The notes below the pieces were generated by a model. It was not told the origin of the DNA, made no database searches, and worked only from the letters and a program-made list of their open reading frames with translations. A program made the position numbers and the translations under genes. DNA of 64,000 bases, from the NCBI RefSeq assembly GCF_009914755.1, contig NC_060929.1. The stretch is one strand, 5' to 3'. This document shows positions 38,795 to 55,446 of the stretch, one piece after another. How positions within the stretch are numbered: the stretch's first letter is position 1; each line of letters starts with the position of its first letter. This DNA is from the human T2T-CHM13v2.0 reference genome, Homo sapiens.

Positions 38795-41700
38795 GTATTT
38801 TATTTTAAATTGACAGATAAGATTATATGTGATGTTCTGAAGTATATATGTTGTAAAATGATTAAATCCAGCTAATTAACATATGCATTACCTCACATAA
38901 TTTTCATCTTTGTGGTGAAAACACTTTAGATCCATCCTGTTAGCATTTTTCAAGAATGCAATATATTAACTATAGTCACTATTTAGTACAATAGATATAG
39001 TTATTCCTTCTATCTAACTACAGTTTTGTATTCTTTAACAAACATCTGCTCAACCACCACCCCAACAACCCCAGCTCCTAGTAACCACCATTGTATGATC
39101 TACTTCTAAGAAATCAAACATTTTCGATTCCATATATGTGAGATTATGAGGGATTTGTCTTTCTGTGCCTGCCTATGTCACTTAACATTATGTCCTGCAG
39201 GTTCATTCATGCTGTCACAAATAACAGGGTTTGATTCTTTTTTATGACTGAATAGTATTTCATTTTGTATGAATACTACATTATTCTTATCCACTCACCT
39301 GTGGGTGGACAATTAGGTTTATTCCATATCTTAGCTATTGTGAATAATTCTATAATAAACATGAAAGTGTGTTTTTGGCATTTTAGCCAAAGATCAGTTG
39401 ACTGTACATGTTTGGGTTCATTTCTGAGCTCTACTCTGTTCCATTGGTGTATATGTCTGTTTTTAATGACAGTACCATGCTGTTTTGGTTACTGTAACTT
39501 TGTAGTATGTTTCAAAGTCAGGTAATGTGATGCCTCCAGTTTTGTCCTTTTTGCTCAATATTGCTTTGGCTTTAGGATCTTTTGTGATTCTATGCGAATT
39601 TTAGGATTTTTTTTTCTATTTCTGTGAAGAATGTTATTGTTATTTGGATAGGGATTGTGTTAAAGCTATAGGTCACATTGGCTAATATGAACATTGTTAC
39701 AATATTAATTCTTCTAATCCATTAGCATAAATTTCTTAAAATTTATTTGTGTCTCCTTTTTTTTTTAGTTTGCTTTTTTTTTTTTAATTTTACTTTGAGT
39801 TCTGGGATACATGTGCAGAACATGAAGCTTTGTTACACAGGTATACATGTGCCATGGTGGTTTGCTGCACCTACCAACTGGTCATCTAGGTTTTAAGCCC
39901 TGTATGCATTAGGTATTTGTTCTAATGCTCTCCCTCCCCTTGCCTCCCACCCACTAAAAGGCCCCGGTGTGTGATTTTCCCCTCCCTGTGTCCATGTTTT
40001 CTCATTGTTTAACTCTCACTTATGAGTGAGAAAATGTGGTGTTTGGTTTTCTGCTCCTGTGTTAGTTTGCTGAACATGATGGCTTCCGGCTTCTTCCATG
40101 TCCCTACAAAGGACGTGAATTTATCCTTTTTATGGCTGCATAGTAGTCCATGGTGTATATGTGCCACATTTTCTTTATCCAGTCTATTATTGATGGGCAT
40201 TCGAGTTGGTTCCAAGTCTTTGCTATTGTAAATAGTGCTGCAATAAACGTACATGTGCATGTGTCTTTATAGTAGAATGAATTATAATCCTTTGTGTATA
40301 TACTCAGTAATGGGATTGTTGGGTTAAATCGTTATTTCTGGTTGTAGATCCTTGAGGAATCACCACACTGTCTTCCACAATGGTTGAACTAATTTACACT
40401 CCCACCAACAGTGTAAAAGTGTTCCTATTTCTCCACATCCTTGCCAGCATCTGTTGTTTCCTGACTTTAATTATCATCATTCTAACTGGTGTGAGATGGT
40501 ATCTCATTGTGGTTTTGATTTGCATTTCTCTAATGACTAGTAATTTCTTTCATCAATGTTCCCTACTTTTAGTGTAGATATCTTTTACCTCTTAAGTTAA
40601 ATTTATTCCTATTTTATTTTTGTAGCTATTATAAATAAAATTATTTTTTAATTTTTTTAGGTTGCTTGATTTTAGTGTATAGAAAAACTTAATTTTTTCA
40701 TGTTTATTTTGTATTTTTCAAATTTACTGAATTCATTAATTATTTTTAACAGTTTTTTGGTGGATCCTTTAGAGTTTTCTGTGTATAAGATCATCTTGTC
40801 TGCAAAGAGGAACAATTTAGCTTCTTTCTTTTCAATTTGGATGCTTTTTTATTTCTTTCTCTTGCCTAATTGCTCTGGTTAGGACTTCCAGTACCATGTT
40901 GTGTCCTTTTCTGAATCTTAGAAAAAAGCTTTCACCTTTTCACAGTTGACTAAGGTGTTAGTTGTGGGCTTGTCATATATAGCATGTATTGTGTTAAGAT
41001 ACATTCCACGCCTAATTATTAAGAGGTTTTTATTATAAAATGATTTTAAATTGTGTTGAACAATTTTCTGCACTTATTGAAGTGATCATGTGGTTTTGTT
41101 CTTCATTCTGGTAATGTGATATATTATATTTATTGATTTACATTTGTTGATCCATTCTTGCATTCTTGGAATGAAACCAATTTGATCATGGAGAATGATC
41201 ATTTAAATGTGCTTTTGGATTTAGTTTGCTAGTATTTTGTTGAGAATTTTTGCACCAATGTTCATTTATCAGGCATATTGTCCTGTATTTTTTTTTCTGT
41301 ATGTCTTTATCTGGCTTTGATATTGGCAAATTTGGTATTGGGATGATGCTGGCTTTGTAAAACGAGGTTGAAAGAGTTCCCTCCTCTTCCACATTTTGGA
41401 AGAATCTGAGAATTGGCCCTCATTATTTAAATATTTGATAGAGTTCGGCAGGGAAGCCATCAGATCCTGGGCTTTTCTTTGGTGGGAGACTTTTTATTAT
41501 TCACTCAATTTTCCTATTATTGGTGTTAAGGTTTTCTATTTCTTCATAATTGAGTCTTGGTAGAGTGCGTGCATCTAGGAAAAAGAAATTTTCCTGTTAC
41601 TTCTAGTTTGTCCAATTTGTTGGTGTAATTTTTTTCATAACAGTCTCATGACCCTTTGTATTTCTGTTGCTTTAGTTGTAAGTCTCCTTTTTTCTTTTTT

Positions 41701-41905
41701 ATTTTGAGTCTTATTTTTCTGTTCTTAGTCCAAGTACAGGTTTCTCAATTTTTTTTCACAAAGTCAACTCTCTGTTTTTTAATTTTTTCTCTTGTTTTTC
41801 TAGTCTCTATTTTATTTACTTCTGCTCTGATCTTTATTAATTTATTACCTCTGCTAACTTTGGGTTTAGTTTGTTCTTGTTCTTCCAGTTCCTTGAGGTG
41901 CAACC
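38795..41905 (-). mobile_element. L1MA-type element with an internal deletion near 39370, split by L1PA8
   Basis: 3' UTR 'agctaattaacatatgcattacctcacata'; ORF2 resumes at about 40542 'aatttctttcatcaatgtt'. Confidence 0.8.
39757..40541 (-). mobile_element. 5'-truncated L1PA8-like element
   Basis: 'tctaggttttaagccctgtatgcattaggtatttgttctaatgctctccctcccc'. Confidence 0.9.
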
Positions 41906-41907
41906 TT

Positions 41908-42340
41908 AGGGGAAGGTACTGTGAACACTGTTAAAATGACAACAAGTTACATAAACTTAGGTGATAAAGCAGTGTCAGGTTTGAGAGGGTTTACTCCAAT
42001 TTTGAAAGAAGTTTTACTGTGAGTAAAATGTATGAAATAGTATTGCACGATACAGAGACATTGTACATGAAAATAAAAGTGAATTCATCCAGCACACTTC
42101 ATTGCTGTCTTATTTTTTTAAATTGCCACAGCCATCTCAGTCTTCAGTAACCACTGTCCTAATCAGTCAGCAACCATCGACATCAAGACAAGACCCTCTA
42201 CAAACAAAAAGATTATGACTGACTGAAGGCTGGGATAATTGTTAGCATTTTTAAGCTATATTTTAAATTAAAAGACATACGCTTTTAATGTAATGTTACT
42301 GCACAATTAATAGACTATATTAAAGTGTAAACACAGCTTT
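41908..42340 (+). mobile_element. Tigger1 3' fragment
   Basis: 'aattttgaaagaagttttactgtgagtaaaatg...cttcattgctgtcttatttt...aattgccacagcca...atcagtcagca...aaaaagattatgact...ctgaaggct'. Confidence 0.85.
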
Positions 42341-46260
<3,920 letters not shown>

Positions 46261-46861
46261 AGAAATGTGTATTCTCTATTGTAGACAAATAACATTTAAT
46301 GAAGATTACCCTGGCTTACATTTTTTAAAAATCCCTAACTGTATTGCACAGAATATAAATTCGCATCATGTTCTAAATATACAGTAAAGAAATATTCACT
46401 CAAATGTACTTTTCAGCAATAGTGCATCTGCCTGAAAATGATGTTTAAAATGGATTGCTACTTTGTGTTATAGGGTATAATGAGAAGGAAATTTCAAATT
46501 TACAAGATTTTGTGTTTATTTTTGTTCTCCATCTTGAAGTATAGAGAAGCGAATTCCTCCACATTCTTCCAGCACTAAGTACACTGATTAGCTCAGAGTT
46601 TATAAGCATTCTTGGCCTCATTTCAGAATTCAGTAGTACTTAAAGCCACAAATGCCAAATCTGTGTCAGTTTCTTCAATGCAAACACGTGTGGAAAAACA
46701 AGAAAGATAATGCAGAGAGGCTCAAGACCAGGAAAAGAAAGAAGAAATTCTAGCCTGGATGTTTATGAATTAATCCAAATCCAAAATACTTCAGAGCAGG
46801 GCAAAGTTCCAAAATATTTTGATCATGTGTCTGACCCTCCCTGTCCTCTGCGCGTGCACAA

Positions 46862-46887
46862 ACACACACACACACACACACACACAC
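46862..46887. repeat. (AC)13 microsatellite
   Basis: Read directly. Confidence 0.95.
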
Positions 46888-48189
46888 CAACGTGCTTCTG
46901 ATGTTAACTGCTAAACTATGGATTATTACTTTTCTTTCATTAAACCATGTTTCCACCACTAAATATTAATTTGTTTCATTTTATGTATATTTCCTATTAA
47001 GCTATAAAAATAAGTGATATATACTTTATTCTACTTCTCTTTGCTTGTCATTATCTTAAAGCACTGATTCTCACATTTGACCTTTTTTATCATTTTCTAG
47101 AAGTCATTGAAGAATTCTAAGGTGTATCCTTAGCCAAGTATAATCTTCTTCTATCTAAAACATAGACCTTGAACTCCATCTAATACAAGCTAAATGGTCA
47201 TTTTTGCTATTAGTTTATGAATGTGAAAAGAGAAGATTAACATCTGAGTATATTATCTTAAGAACACCTAGAAAAATATATACCATTTGATAATGCTAAC
47301 ACATATTTCTATCTGCATTTTGAAAAGAAATACTAAATATCTAAGAAGGTAATAACATTTTTCTAAGTGCCCCATTATATCAAAATACATTTGAGCCTTC
47401 ATCAAATCAACTAAGTAGCTGACATCAAATGAAAATGCCACAATCAAGTAGAAATTTAACTCAGAGAAGAAAGGTCAAGTCTTTTAGAAAAGCAAAATTA
47501 TTAAATAATTTTTCCTAAACTTGTATCATGAACATAAAAAACTTTTAGAAAAAAGAAATCGTGGTATATTAGTGTGCAGGAGATAGCAACAGCAAAATGT
47601 CCTTAAGAAAATGTTAATGAAATGATTACATAAATTCTAAGACAAAGAAAGATATTTATTACGACAACCTGTCTTTGGTTGGTTCATATAATATGTGAAT
47701 ACTTTTGTGTAAGTAGGGACTATTAGCCAGTATTTATGGTTGTTCCATTCTTCTGGGAATAGAAGCAATATACAAACTGACATCAAATGCGGCCTATCTC
47801 CAATTATATATAATGTAGCATTGTTTTAATGTGTACATGTGTCATAAATATGGACAGAAATATCATATTGCACTTTTATTCCAAACGATGAAATAAAATT
47901 TAAGTCAAAATGCAGATTTTAAAGAGATAGTTCTTTAGTTTTAATAAAGTTGTTTGAGTTGTGATGCTTACCAGAATTTAATTTCTGTAGTTTATGCTCT
48001 GTTTTTAACAGAGCAGTGGTAGAAACTAAAAATTAGCCAATTTCTTTTATAGCATATGCCATCCAAACAAGATTTCAAAAAGATCGGGCATGTGAGTTCC
48101 AGTGGAAAAGTTGTGTCTTCACATATATATGTGAAGCCATATATAAAGACTCATATTATATATATTTATATATATAATATGAATCATCA

Positions 48190-48660
48190 CATTTAATTGT
48201 TATAAAATATACATAATATAAAGTTTACCATTTAACTATTTTAAATTACGTTTATTAGCATTAATTACATTCACAGTTTTGCAATCATCACCACTATCTA
48301 GTTTAAGAATTCTTTTATTACCCCCAAAAGAATTCCCTTTGCCTAATAAGAAATCACTTCCCATTTTCTCCTATTGCATTCTCTGGCAACACTAATCTGC
48401 TTTCTGTATTGAATGATTTGCTGTTTTTGATTCCATGTATATTGAATCATACAATATGTGGCCTCTTGTGTCTCTCACTTAGCATAATGTTTCCAAGGTA
48501 CATCTGTGATGTATGATGTATTAGTACTTCATTTCTTTTTAGTCCTGAAAAATATTCCATTGTATGAATATATCAGATTTTATTTATCCACTTATCAGCT
48601 GATGAACATTTGGGTTATTTCCACCTTTTGGCTATTGTGAAGAGGGCTGCTTTGAAACAT
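48190..48660 (-). mobile_element. L1MB-type 3' end
   Basis: 'aaaatatacataatataaagtttaccattt...gcattaattacattcaca...catcaccactatcta'. Confidence 0.75.
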
Positions 48661-48719
48661 TGACCAAGATTAACAAATCTATTAGTTTTCAGTGCTAACC
48701 AGTGAGGGGGAGAACTATT

Positions 48720-49060
48720 AAGTTATAAGAGTATAGAAATAATGTTATAGTACTATAGAAAAGGAGAGAGATTCAACATCCAAATTTTGAATGTCAAGGA
48801 AGATTCCCAGAAAATAATGAGATAAATGCTTAGATGTGAGGGATAATTGACATTGGTAAATTTTATATAGAAATATGGGGTCATATTTTGGGCATACATC
48901 ACAGTGCGCTCAGACTCTTGGGCCACAAGAGAATGACATTGGGAATAAATTTATGTAATCTTAATATGAACAAAGAATGTATGTGTGGAAATCATGAAAA
49001 GTAAAGGGACTGAAAATACGCAGCATGTTAAGCACATATGGACTTTAACCTAAGAAAAAG
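48720..49060 (-). mobile_element. L2 remnant (probably continues at 52390-52650)
   Basis: 'gtcaaggaagattcccagaaaa...tgagataaatgcttagatg' and, after the L1, 'tttgaagtgcc..tgtgacctccaagtgaagatatt'. Confidence 0.45.
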
Positions 49061-50913
49061 AAGCATATGCTGCCTTCATCTAAAATGGAAAGTTGGAAAT
49101 TACACCACTCACAATGCAAGAAGAAGAAATACGCCAGGTTATAGTTTGAATAAATTCACTAGATAAATGAAGTTACAGGGCAACCAAGTAGCATAAAATA
49201 TATGAAAAAATTTGTCCCTCCAAAAAGAGGGCACACATAAGCACTGGTCTCTGTGCTCTGTGGTAGAGCACAGGAGAAATAAAAGTCAAAATAGGAATTG
49301 ATAGAAAACTTCTTCACACTGATAAAGTCACTGGACCTACAGCTAACATTATACTTAATGATTAAATTTAATGATTAAACTCACTTATTTCTCACAAAGT
49401 TTAGGAAAAAGACAAGATGTCTGCTCTCACCATTTCTATTCGACATGATACTGGGTTTCCTACCAGCACTGTAAGGTAAGTAAAATAAATAGAGAAAGAA
49501 ATAAAAAGTTTTCAATTCAAAGAAGGTATGATTATTGTAGTGAAAATTGTAAGGAATCTATAAAAAGCTAATAGCACTATTCAATGAATCCAACAAAATC
49601 TTAGAATACAAAAATATATTTATATAACCTAGTGAGAAACAGTTGAAAATGAAACAAACTCATATCATATATAATAGCAGTACAATTATAGAATAATATA
49701 AATCCAACAACATATGTTCAACTACTATATGATTAAAATACAAGATACTGATGAAAGATGTCAAAGAAGATCCACATAAATGCAGCAATATAATGTGTTT
49801 GTATGTCAGAAGACTTAGTAATTTTAAGACGTGTATTTCTTCCCAAATATTTAGACAGATTGTTATCGAAATGAACAAGCTAATTCTAAATGTATGAAAA
49901 AGGCAAATGAGCCGGAATAGCCAATACAATTTAGGAAACAACACAGTTGGAAGACTCAACTACCTGATTTCCAAACTTATTATAAAGTGTACAGCAGTTC
50001 AGACAATGTAGTAATGGCAAAATTAAAGACATGTAGATTTATGTTTAAGAAAAGACAGTGAAGAAATAGATGAACACACACACATAGAGACAGAAAGAGA
50101 AGATATATGTCCTTTTATTTTATTCTAAGGCACAAAGAAAATTTGATAGAGAAAAGATCAACTCTTCAAAAACATTCGAATACACATATGCAAAAAATAA
50201 AAATAATTTTTAAAAAACTTTGACCCATACTTCATACAAGTTTTTAAAACTCAAGAAGGATATTATACATTTATAGAAACCCTAAGATTTTAAAACTTCT
50301 GGAAGAAAACAAAAGACAAAATATTTGTGACTTCACATTGGGTAATTTTTTTAGATATCATCAATAATACAATTTATTAAAAAATAGATAAATAGGTAGC
50401 ATTAAAACTAAATCTTTTGCTTTTCAAAACATACTGTTAAAAAAATAAAAAGACAAGCCAAATTCTTGGATAATGTATTTTCAAAGTACATAGCTGATAA
50501 ATAACTTGTATCTATAGAATATATGACTTCTCAAAACTCAATCATAACAAAAAAAACTTACCAAAAGCATAGGCAAAATATTTGAATAGGTATTTTGTCA
50601 AAGAATATATCTATAGATGTCTAAAACACACATAAAAAGATATGCACCCCATTTTACATTAGAAAAATAAATGTAATTACAAAGCATAAGAAAGTACGAT
50701 CACACTTAGCATAGATGAAAGCAAATATATTTGACAATACCAGCATCTAGCAAGAAAGAACAGTTGAAACACTTACGCATTGCTGTTGAAAATGCAAAAT
50801 TGTAAAGATAACTCCTAAAAGAATTTTAAAAATTCTCCCGAAGTTAAACTTACATCTACAGTATGACCAAGTTTTCCCAATTATAGAAATTTATTGATCA
50901 GAAAGGAAAGTCA

Positions 50914-51196
50914 GGTGGGCACTGTGGATAATGCCTGTAATCCCAGCACTTTGAGAGGCGGAAGCGGGCAGATTACTTGAGGTTAGGAGTTCGAGATCAG
51001 CCTGGACAACATGGTGAAACCCCGTCTCTACTAAAAGTACAAAAGTTAGTTGGGCTTGGTGGCGCCTCCTGGCTACTCAGGAGGCTGAAGTAGGAGAATT
51101 GCTTGAAGCCAGGAGGCAGAGATTGCAGTGAGCCAAGATCATGCCACTGCACTCCAGCCTGGGTGACAGAGCAAGAGTCTGTCAAAAAAAAAAAAA
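50914..51196 (+). mobile_element. Alu (old S/J-like)
   Basis: Full dimer; TSD aaggaaa(g/c)tca at about 50903-50913 and 51453-51463. Confidence 0.93.
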
Positions 51197-51218
51197 GAGA
51201 GAGAGAGAGAAAGAAAGA

Positions 51219-51291
<73 letters not shown>

Positions 51292-51460
51292 GAAAAAGAA
51301 AGTAAGAAAGAGAAAGAAAGAAAAAGAAAAAGAGAAAGAAATAGAAAGAAAGGAAGAAAGGAGGAAAGGAGGGAAGTAGGGAAGGAGGGAGGGAGGAAAG
51401 GAGGGAAGGAGGAAAGGGGGGAAGAAAGGAAAGAAAGAACGAAGGAAGGAAGGAAGGAAA
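51197..51460. repeat. Polypurine tract: (GA)n, (GAAA)17, (GGAA/GGAG)n
   Basis: Perfect GAAA run at about 51222-51289; only a few pyrimidines in about 270 bp. Confidence 0.97.
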
Positions 51461-51528
51461 CTCAGGTTCACTCAAAAATTTAAACACAAACATATATTGT
51501 GGTTTTATTCCTAAATGTTCAAACCTTT

Positions 51529-51863
51529 TGCCATAGTAAATTTAGGCTGCCATAACAGAATTCCATAGACTGGGAGGCTTAAACAAAGGTCTATTTCTCA
51601 CAGTTCTAGAGACTGGAAAGTCCAGGATCAATGCACCAAAAGATTCTGTGTCTAGTGAAGCCATGTTTCCTGTATCTAATATGTCAGAAGAAAGGAGAGA
51701 TATCATTCTGGGATCCCTCTTACAAGGGCACTAATGCCATTCATGAGAGTGTCACCTTCATAATCTAATCATATCCCAACGGCTTCATCCCTTAATGCCA
51801 TCACATTGGAGGTCAGGGTTTCAACACAAATTCTTAGAAGATACAAACATTCAGCCCATTACA
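51529..51863 (-). mobile_element. MLT1A0-like LTR
   Basis: 'ggctgccataacagaattccatagactgggaggcttaaac...aagggcactaat...aaacattcagcccattaca'. Confidence 0.82.
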
Positions 51864-54321
51864 CCTGGAAACAATTCAAATGCCTTTTCATAAAAGAATA
51901 GACACAAACTTTGTGACACTTCCATATAATGGAATACTACTTAGCAATAAAAAAGGAACAAATTATTGATTTCTACAATCACATGGATGGATCTCAGGTG
52001 TATTATTCCGAGTGAAAGAGGTCACAATCATTTACATTTTGAATAATTCTACTTATATGACATTCCAGAAAAGTCAAAAGTATAGGGATAAGAAATAAAC
52101 AAAATGGTGCCCATGACTGAGGGTTGTTGATTTGAGTACAAAGGCACATGACAGCATTCTGAGGGATAATGAAACTGTTTTACATATTAATTTTGGTTTT
52201 AGCAACACAAGTGCATGTGAATTTAAAACCCATACAATGATCTGCTAAAAAATAAGGTTTATTCACCAAAGTAAATGTTACCTCAAGAAACCTGTTCAAA
52301 AATAAAGAAAAAAATGCCATTGAAAATAGAGTGAACTCTGTATTTGTAAGAAGTTTTTTTTTGAAGAGTATTTCCTTAATAATGTAAATAATTTGTTTAG
52401 GAGCAGGTGTGAGCGAAACAAGAATTTCAGTTTCTTATCAGGGTAGAGCAGTGGCCAGTAGAATAGTGTATTAAGTTCAGAGGGTGAAAACAGAATCCAT
52501 GAGTATAGATGCACAATTTGAAGTGCCATTGTGACCTCCAAGTGAAGATATTGGGTATGTAATTAGGTATTTAACTTATTGGCTTACAGACTTGTAAACT
52601 ATACATTTAGATTTAAGAATTGTCAATATGTATTGAGTAAAGCCATTGATTTCCCAATCATTAAATGTATTATCTTTTTATTTACCTGACCTGCATTTGT
52701 CACCATTACTATAAATAATTGTAACACAGATGTAGTGTCATAACCTATATAAAACTGGTATTAATAACCACACATGCTTCCCAGGAGGATGGATGTGTAA
52801 ATCCTTTTAGCATACTAGCACAACTTGGATTTAGAATTAACTAGGAGAACCCTTGACTTGTGGTTATTAATGATGTTTGGGTGGACATGGAAAAGACAAG
52901 CCCTTCCACTTAGGAGAAGTGAGCATGAAGTCTGAGATAGAAAATTGATCAGAATTGCGAGGCTTCTCACTGTCACTATTTGGCATCATGATGTTGCCTC
53001 AGAGTGTAATGGCTAACAAGAAAACAGAACCACCGAAGGCATATTTTAGGTACTTGGCCTGATAAATCTGCTCTTTTTGGGCTGCAACAGGTCTATTTTT
53101 TTTCTCTGTGTGTTTTTTATTAATCTAATTATCTGATTTACATTTTAATCAGAAAGAGTCAAAATAAGCTATATTTAAAACACTTTATATTGATCCCAGG
53201 GAGTGATGTCAGAAAGACAGCAAAATAGAAAGTCCCACCCTTGTTTCTCCACAGAAACACAGATTTAACAATGATAAATGAACCAAGATATCTGTATGAG
53301 ATGTGCATATTCATTGAAGAAGTTGCAGTGCTGTACATAAGTACAAAACTGAGAACGGCCACATTGAAATGGATAAGAAGAGCAATCTAACTATACCTGC
53401 ATTAGCTGCTCTCCTAAACCAGTGCAGCTCAGCACTGAGAAAGATCACCTAGACATGCAACTTTTCACTTGAGGGAATAGAGAGAGTAGAGCATGTGTCC
53501 AAGTTCTCTGGCCTCTCAGAGCGCTGCCCGAAAAACCAGTTTCATTCCATACAGAGTACTGATGGAAACTGTGTCGTTTTAACACTGGAGAGTAGGTTAG
53601 AACAAAGTAAAGGGACAAATGACTTGCTGAAGGCTGCATGGCTTGATGAGATTGGGAAAAAAACAGAACTTGAGGCTTCACCCCAGAAAGTGAGGGAAAA
53701 GAGTGTCTCTCCAGTTATAATCCGTGGTACAGCAGCCACACACCAGAGAGAGGAAAAGATTATAGGACTTTTTTTTAAAAGTAAATTGTACTAATTATTT
53801 TTTTTAAAAGAAAGAAAACTACATGCACAGTCTAAAGAAGGCATATCCATAGAAAAGATTTGCAGTGCTCCAAGAATCTCTAGCCAGACTGACTGGGGAA
53901 AGTTCTTCACTGTAGAAGTCAGTCTGTAATGACTGTGGTGGCTGGCTGTTTCTTCAAATAAATGGTTACCAATGCACAGATAAGAAATATAAAAAATAAG
54001 AGAAGTGTTAGCCTATCAAAAGAACAAAATAAATCAAATTAAAGAATGAATTACCTGAAAGGGTTTAAACATAATCATCTTAAAGAAGCTCAGTGAGCTA
54101 CAAGAGAACACAGAGAAAAAACAAAATGGAATCACAAAAACAATTCATAAAGAAAATGAGAATATCAACAAAGAGATAAAACTTAAAAAAACAAAAATTA
54201 TGAAGCTAAAGAATATAAAAACAGAATTAAAAATTTACTAGAGGGAGTCACTGCTTGTGATGGTTGGAATTTTCATCCACTCTAAAATTCATGTTAAAAT
54301 GTAATCCCTAACGTGGAAATA

Positions 54322-55302
54322 CATATTTTTTTATTTTTAAAACACGTTTGTTTGAAATAAATGAGCTTGGTTCATAGCTCCTCTCTGTTCTATTTTCCCT
54401 AATGGCTACCAGTACTGTTCTCTTTACATATTGTCCCTATTTTTAATGATAGCTATTTTACAGAGATGACAATTTTTCCCCTACCTCCAAAAAAATCCAC
54501 ACACCCATCCCATACAAACATAGATGACAACATTCTAATATAAAGTGACTGTGTAATGAATTTTCACCTCCTAAATAATAGAGACATCTCTGTCTGAAAA
54601 AATGGATATAAGAGGATGTCTCCAAAGATGAAGAAGGACACTACTGGTTTCTAGACAGAACAGCCTTGCTCAAGGGAACCACAAGACTTAGCCAATTGAC
54701 CAGAATTCTTTTGATCATTTTGTTCTTAACTTCCACTCCATTTAGGACATTATTGCATCCTCTGCTTGATCAGCTGTACTCCCAAGGCTCCTTGGCTACA
54801 GCAAATTCATGAAGCTGTCAGCATGCCTTTGTGCACAAAGCAGCCCTCAGTGAATGTTTGTATAATAAATGAATAATGAAAGAATGATTGGAGAGTGTAA
54901 GGAAGCCTCCTGCCATTAATTACAGTATCTTGCCATAACACAAATTCTCCCACATGCATTTCTACTGGTCCAGCATATTATTACTTACATTTAGTTAGCC
55001 TGCTTTTAGGGTGAGAAAATACAAAAAGTATGAGAAATGATCTAAGATGCCTGCAGCTTAATAATTTATTTGTGTTTTCACATTATTTAAGAGATTACCA
55101 ATGCAAGATGCAGGGCTTTCTTAAGAAATGATATATCCTCAGTGCACTGAATGTTTACAAGAAATTAAGAATAAAACTTTAAAAAAAATTACAAATGCAA
55201 TATTACTGTTGGTGATTATTTTGTGCCAACCAGGAAATAACTGATCTAATTAAACCCACCTGATTGCCAGCCAGAAACCTAGGCCTACCATACTTAAGAG
55301 AT
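54322..55302 (-). other. About 1 kb non-LTR insert inside the LTR; probable retrocopy or orphan transduction
   Basis: Interrupts the LTR between adjacent consensus positions; T-rich tract at 54326-54338; L2-like tail at about 54820-54890. Confidence 0.6.
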
Positions 55303-55446
55303 TTGACATGTAGGACCTTTAAGAAGTAATTGGATCATGAGGGCAGAGCCCTCAAGAATGGATTAGTCTATTCATGGTTTAATGAATTAAGAATTAATAA
55401 GTTAATAGATTAATAGCTGTGATTAGTGTGGCTCTGGTGCCTTTTT

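Larger units (their letters stand above)
49290..52300 (+). mobile_element. Old L1M (MC/MD/ME-type) ORF2 plus 3' UTR, hosting an Alu and an MLT1A
   Basis: 'cctacagctaacattatacttaatg', 'ctctcaccatttctattc', 'atggaatactacttagcaataaaaa', 3' end 'ttacctcaagaaacctg'. Confidence 0.75.

Noticed and set aside
51103-51493. K/E/R-rich and F/L/S-rich ORFs
   Set aside because: Translations of an Alu end and the GAAA repeat.
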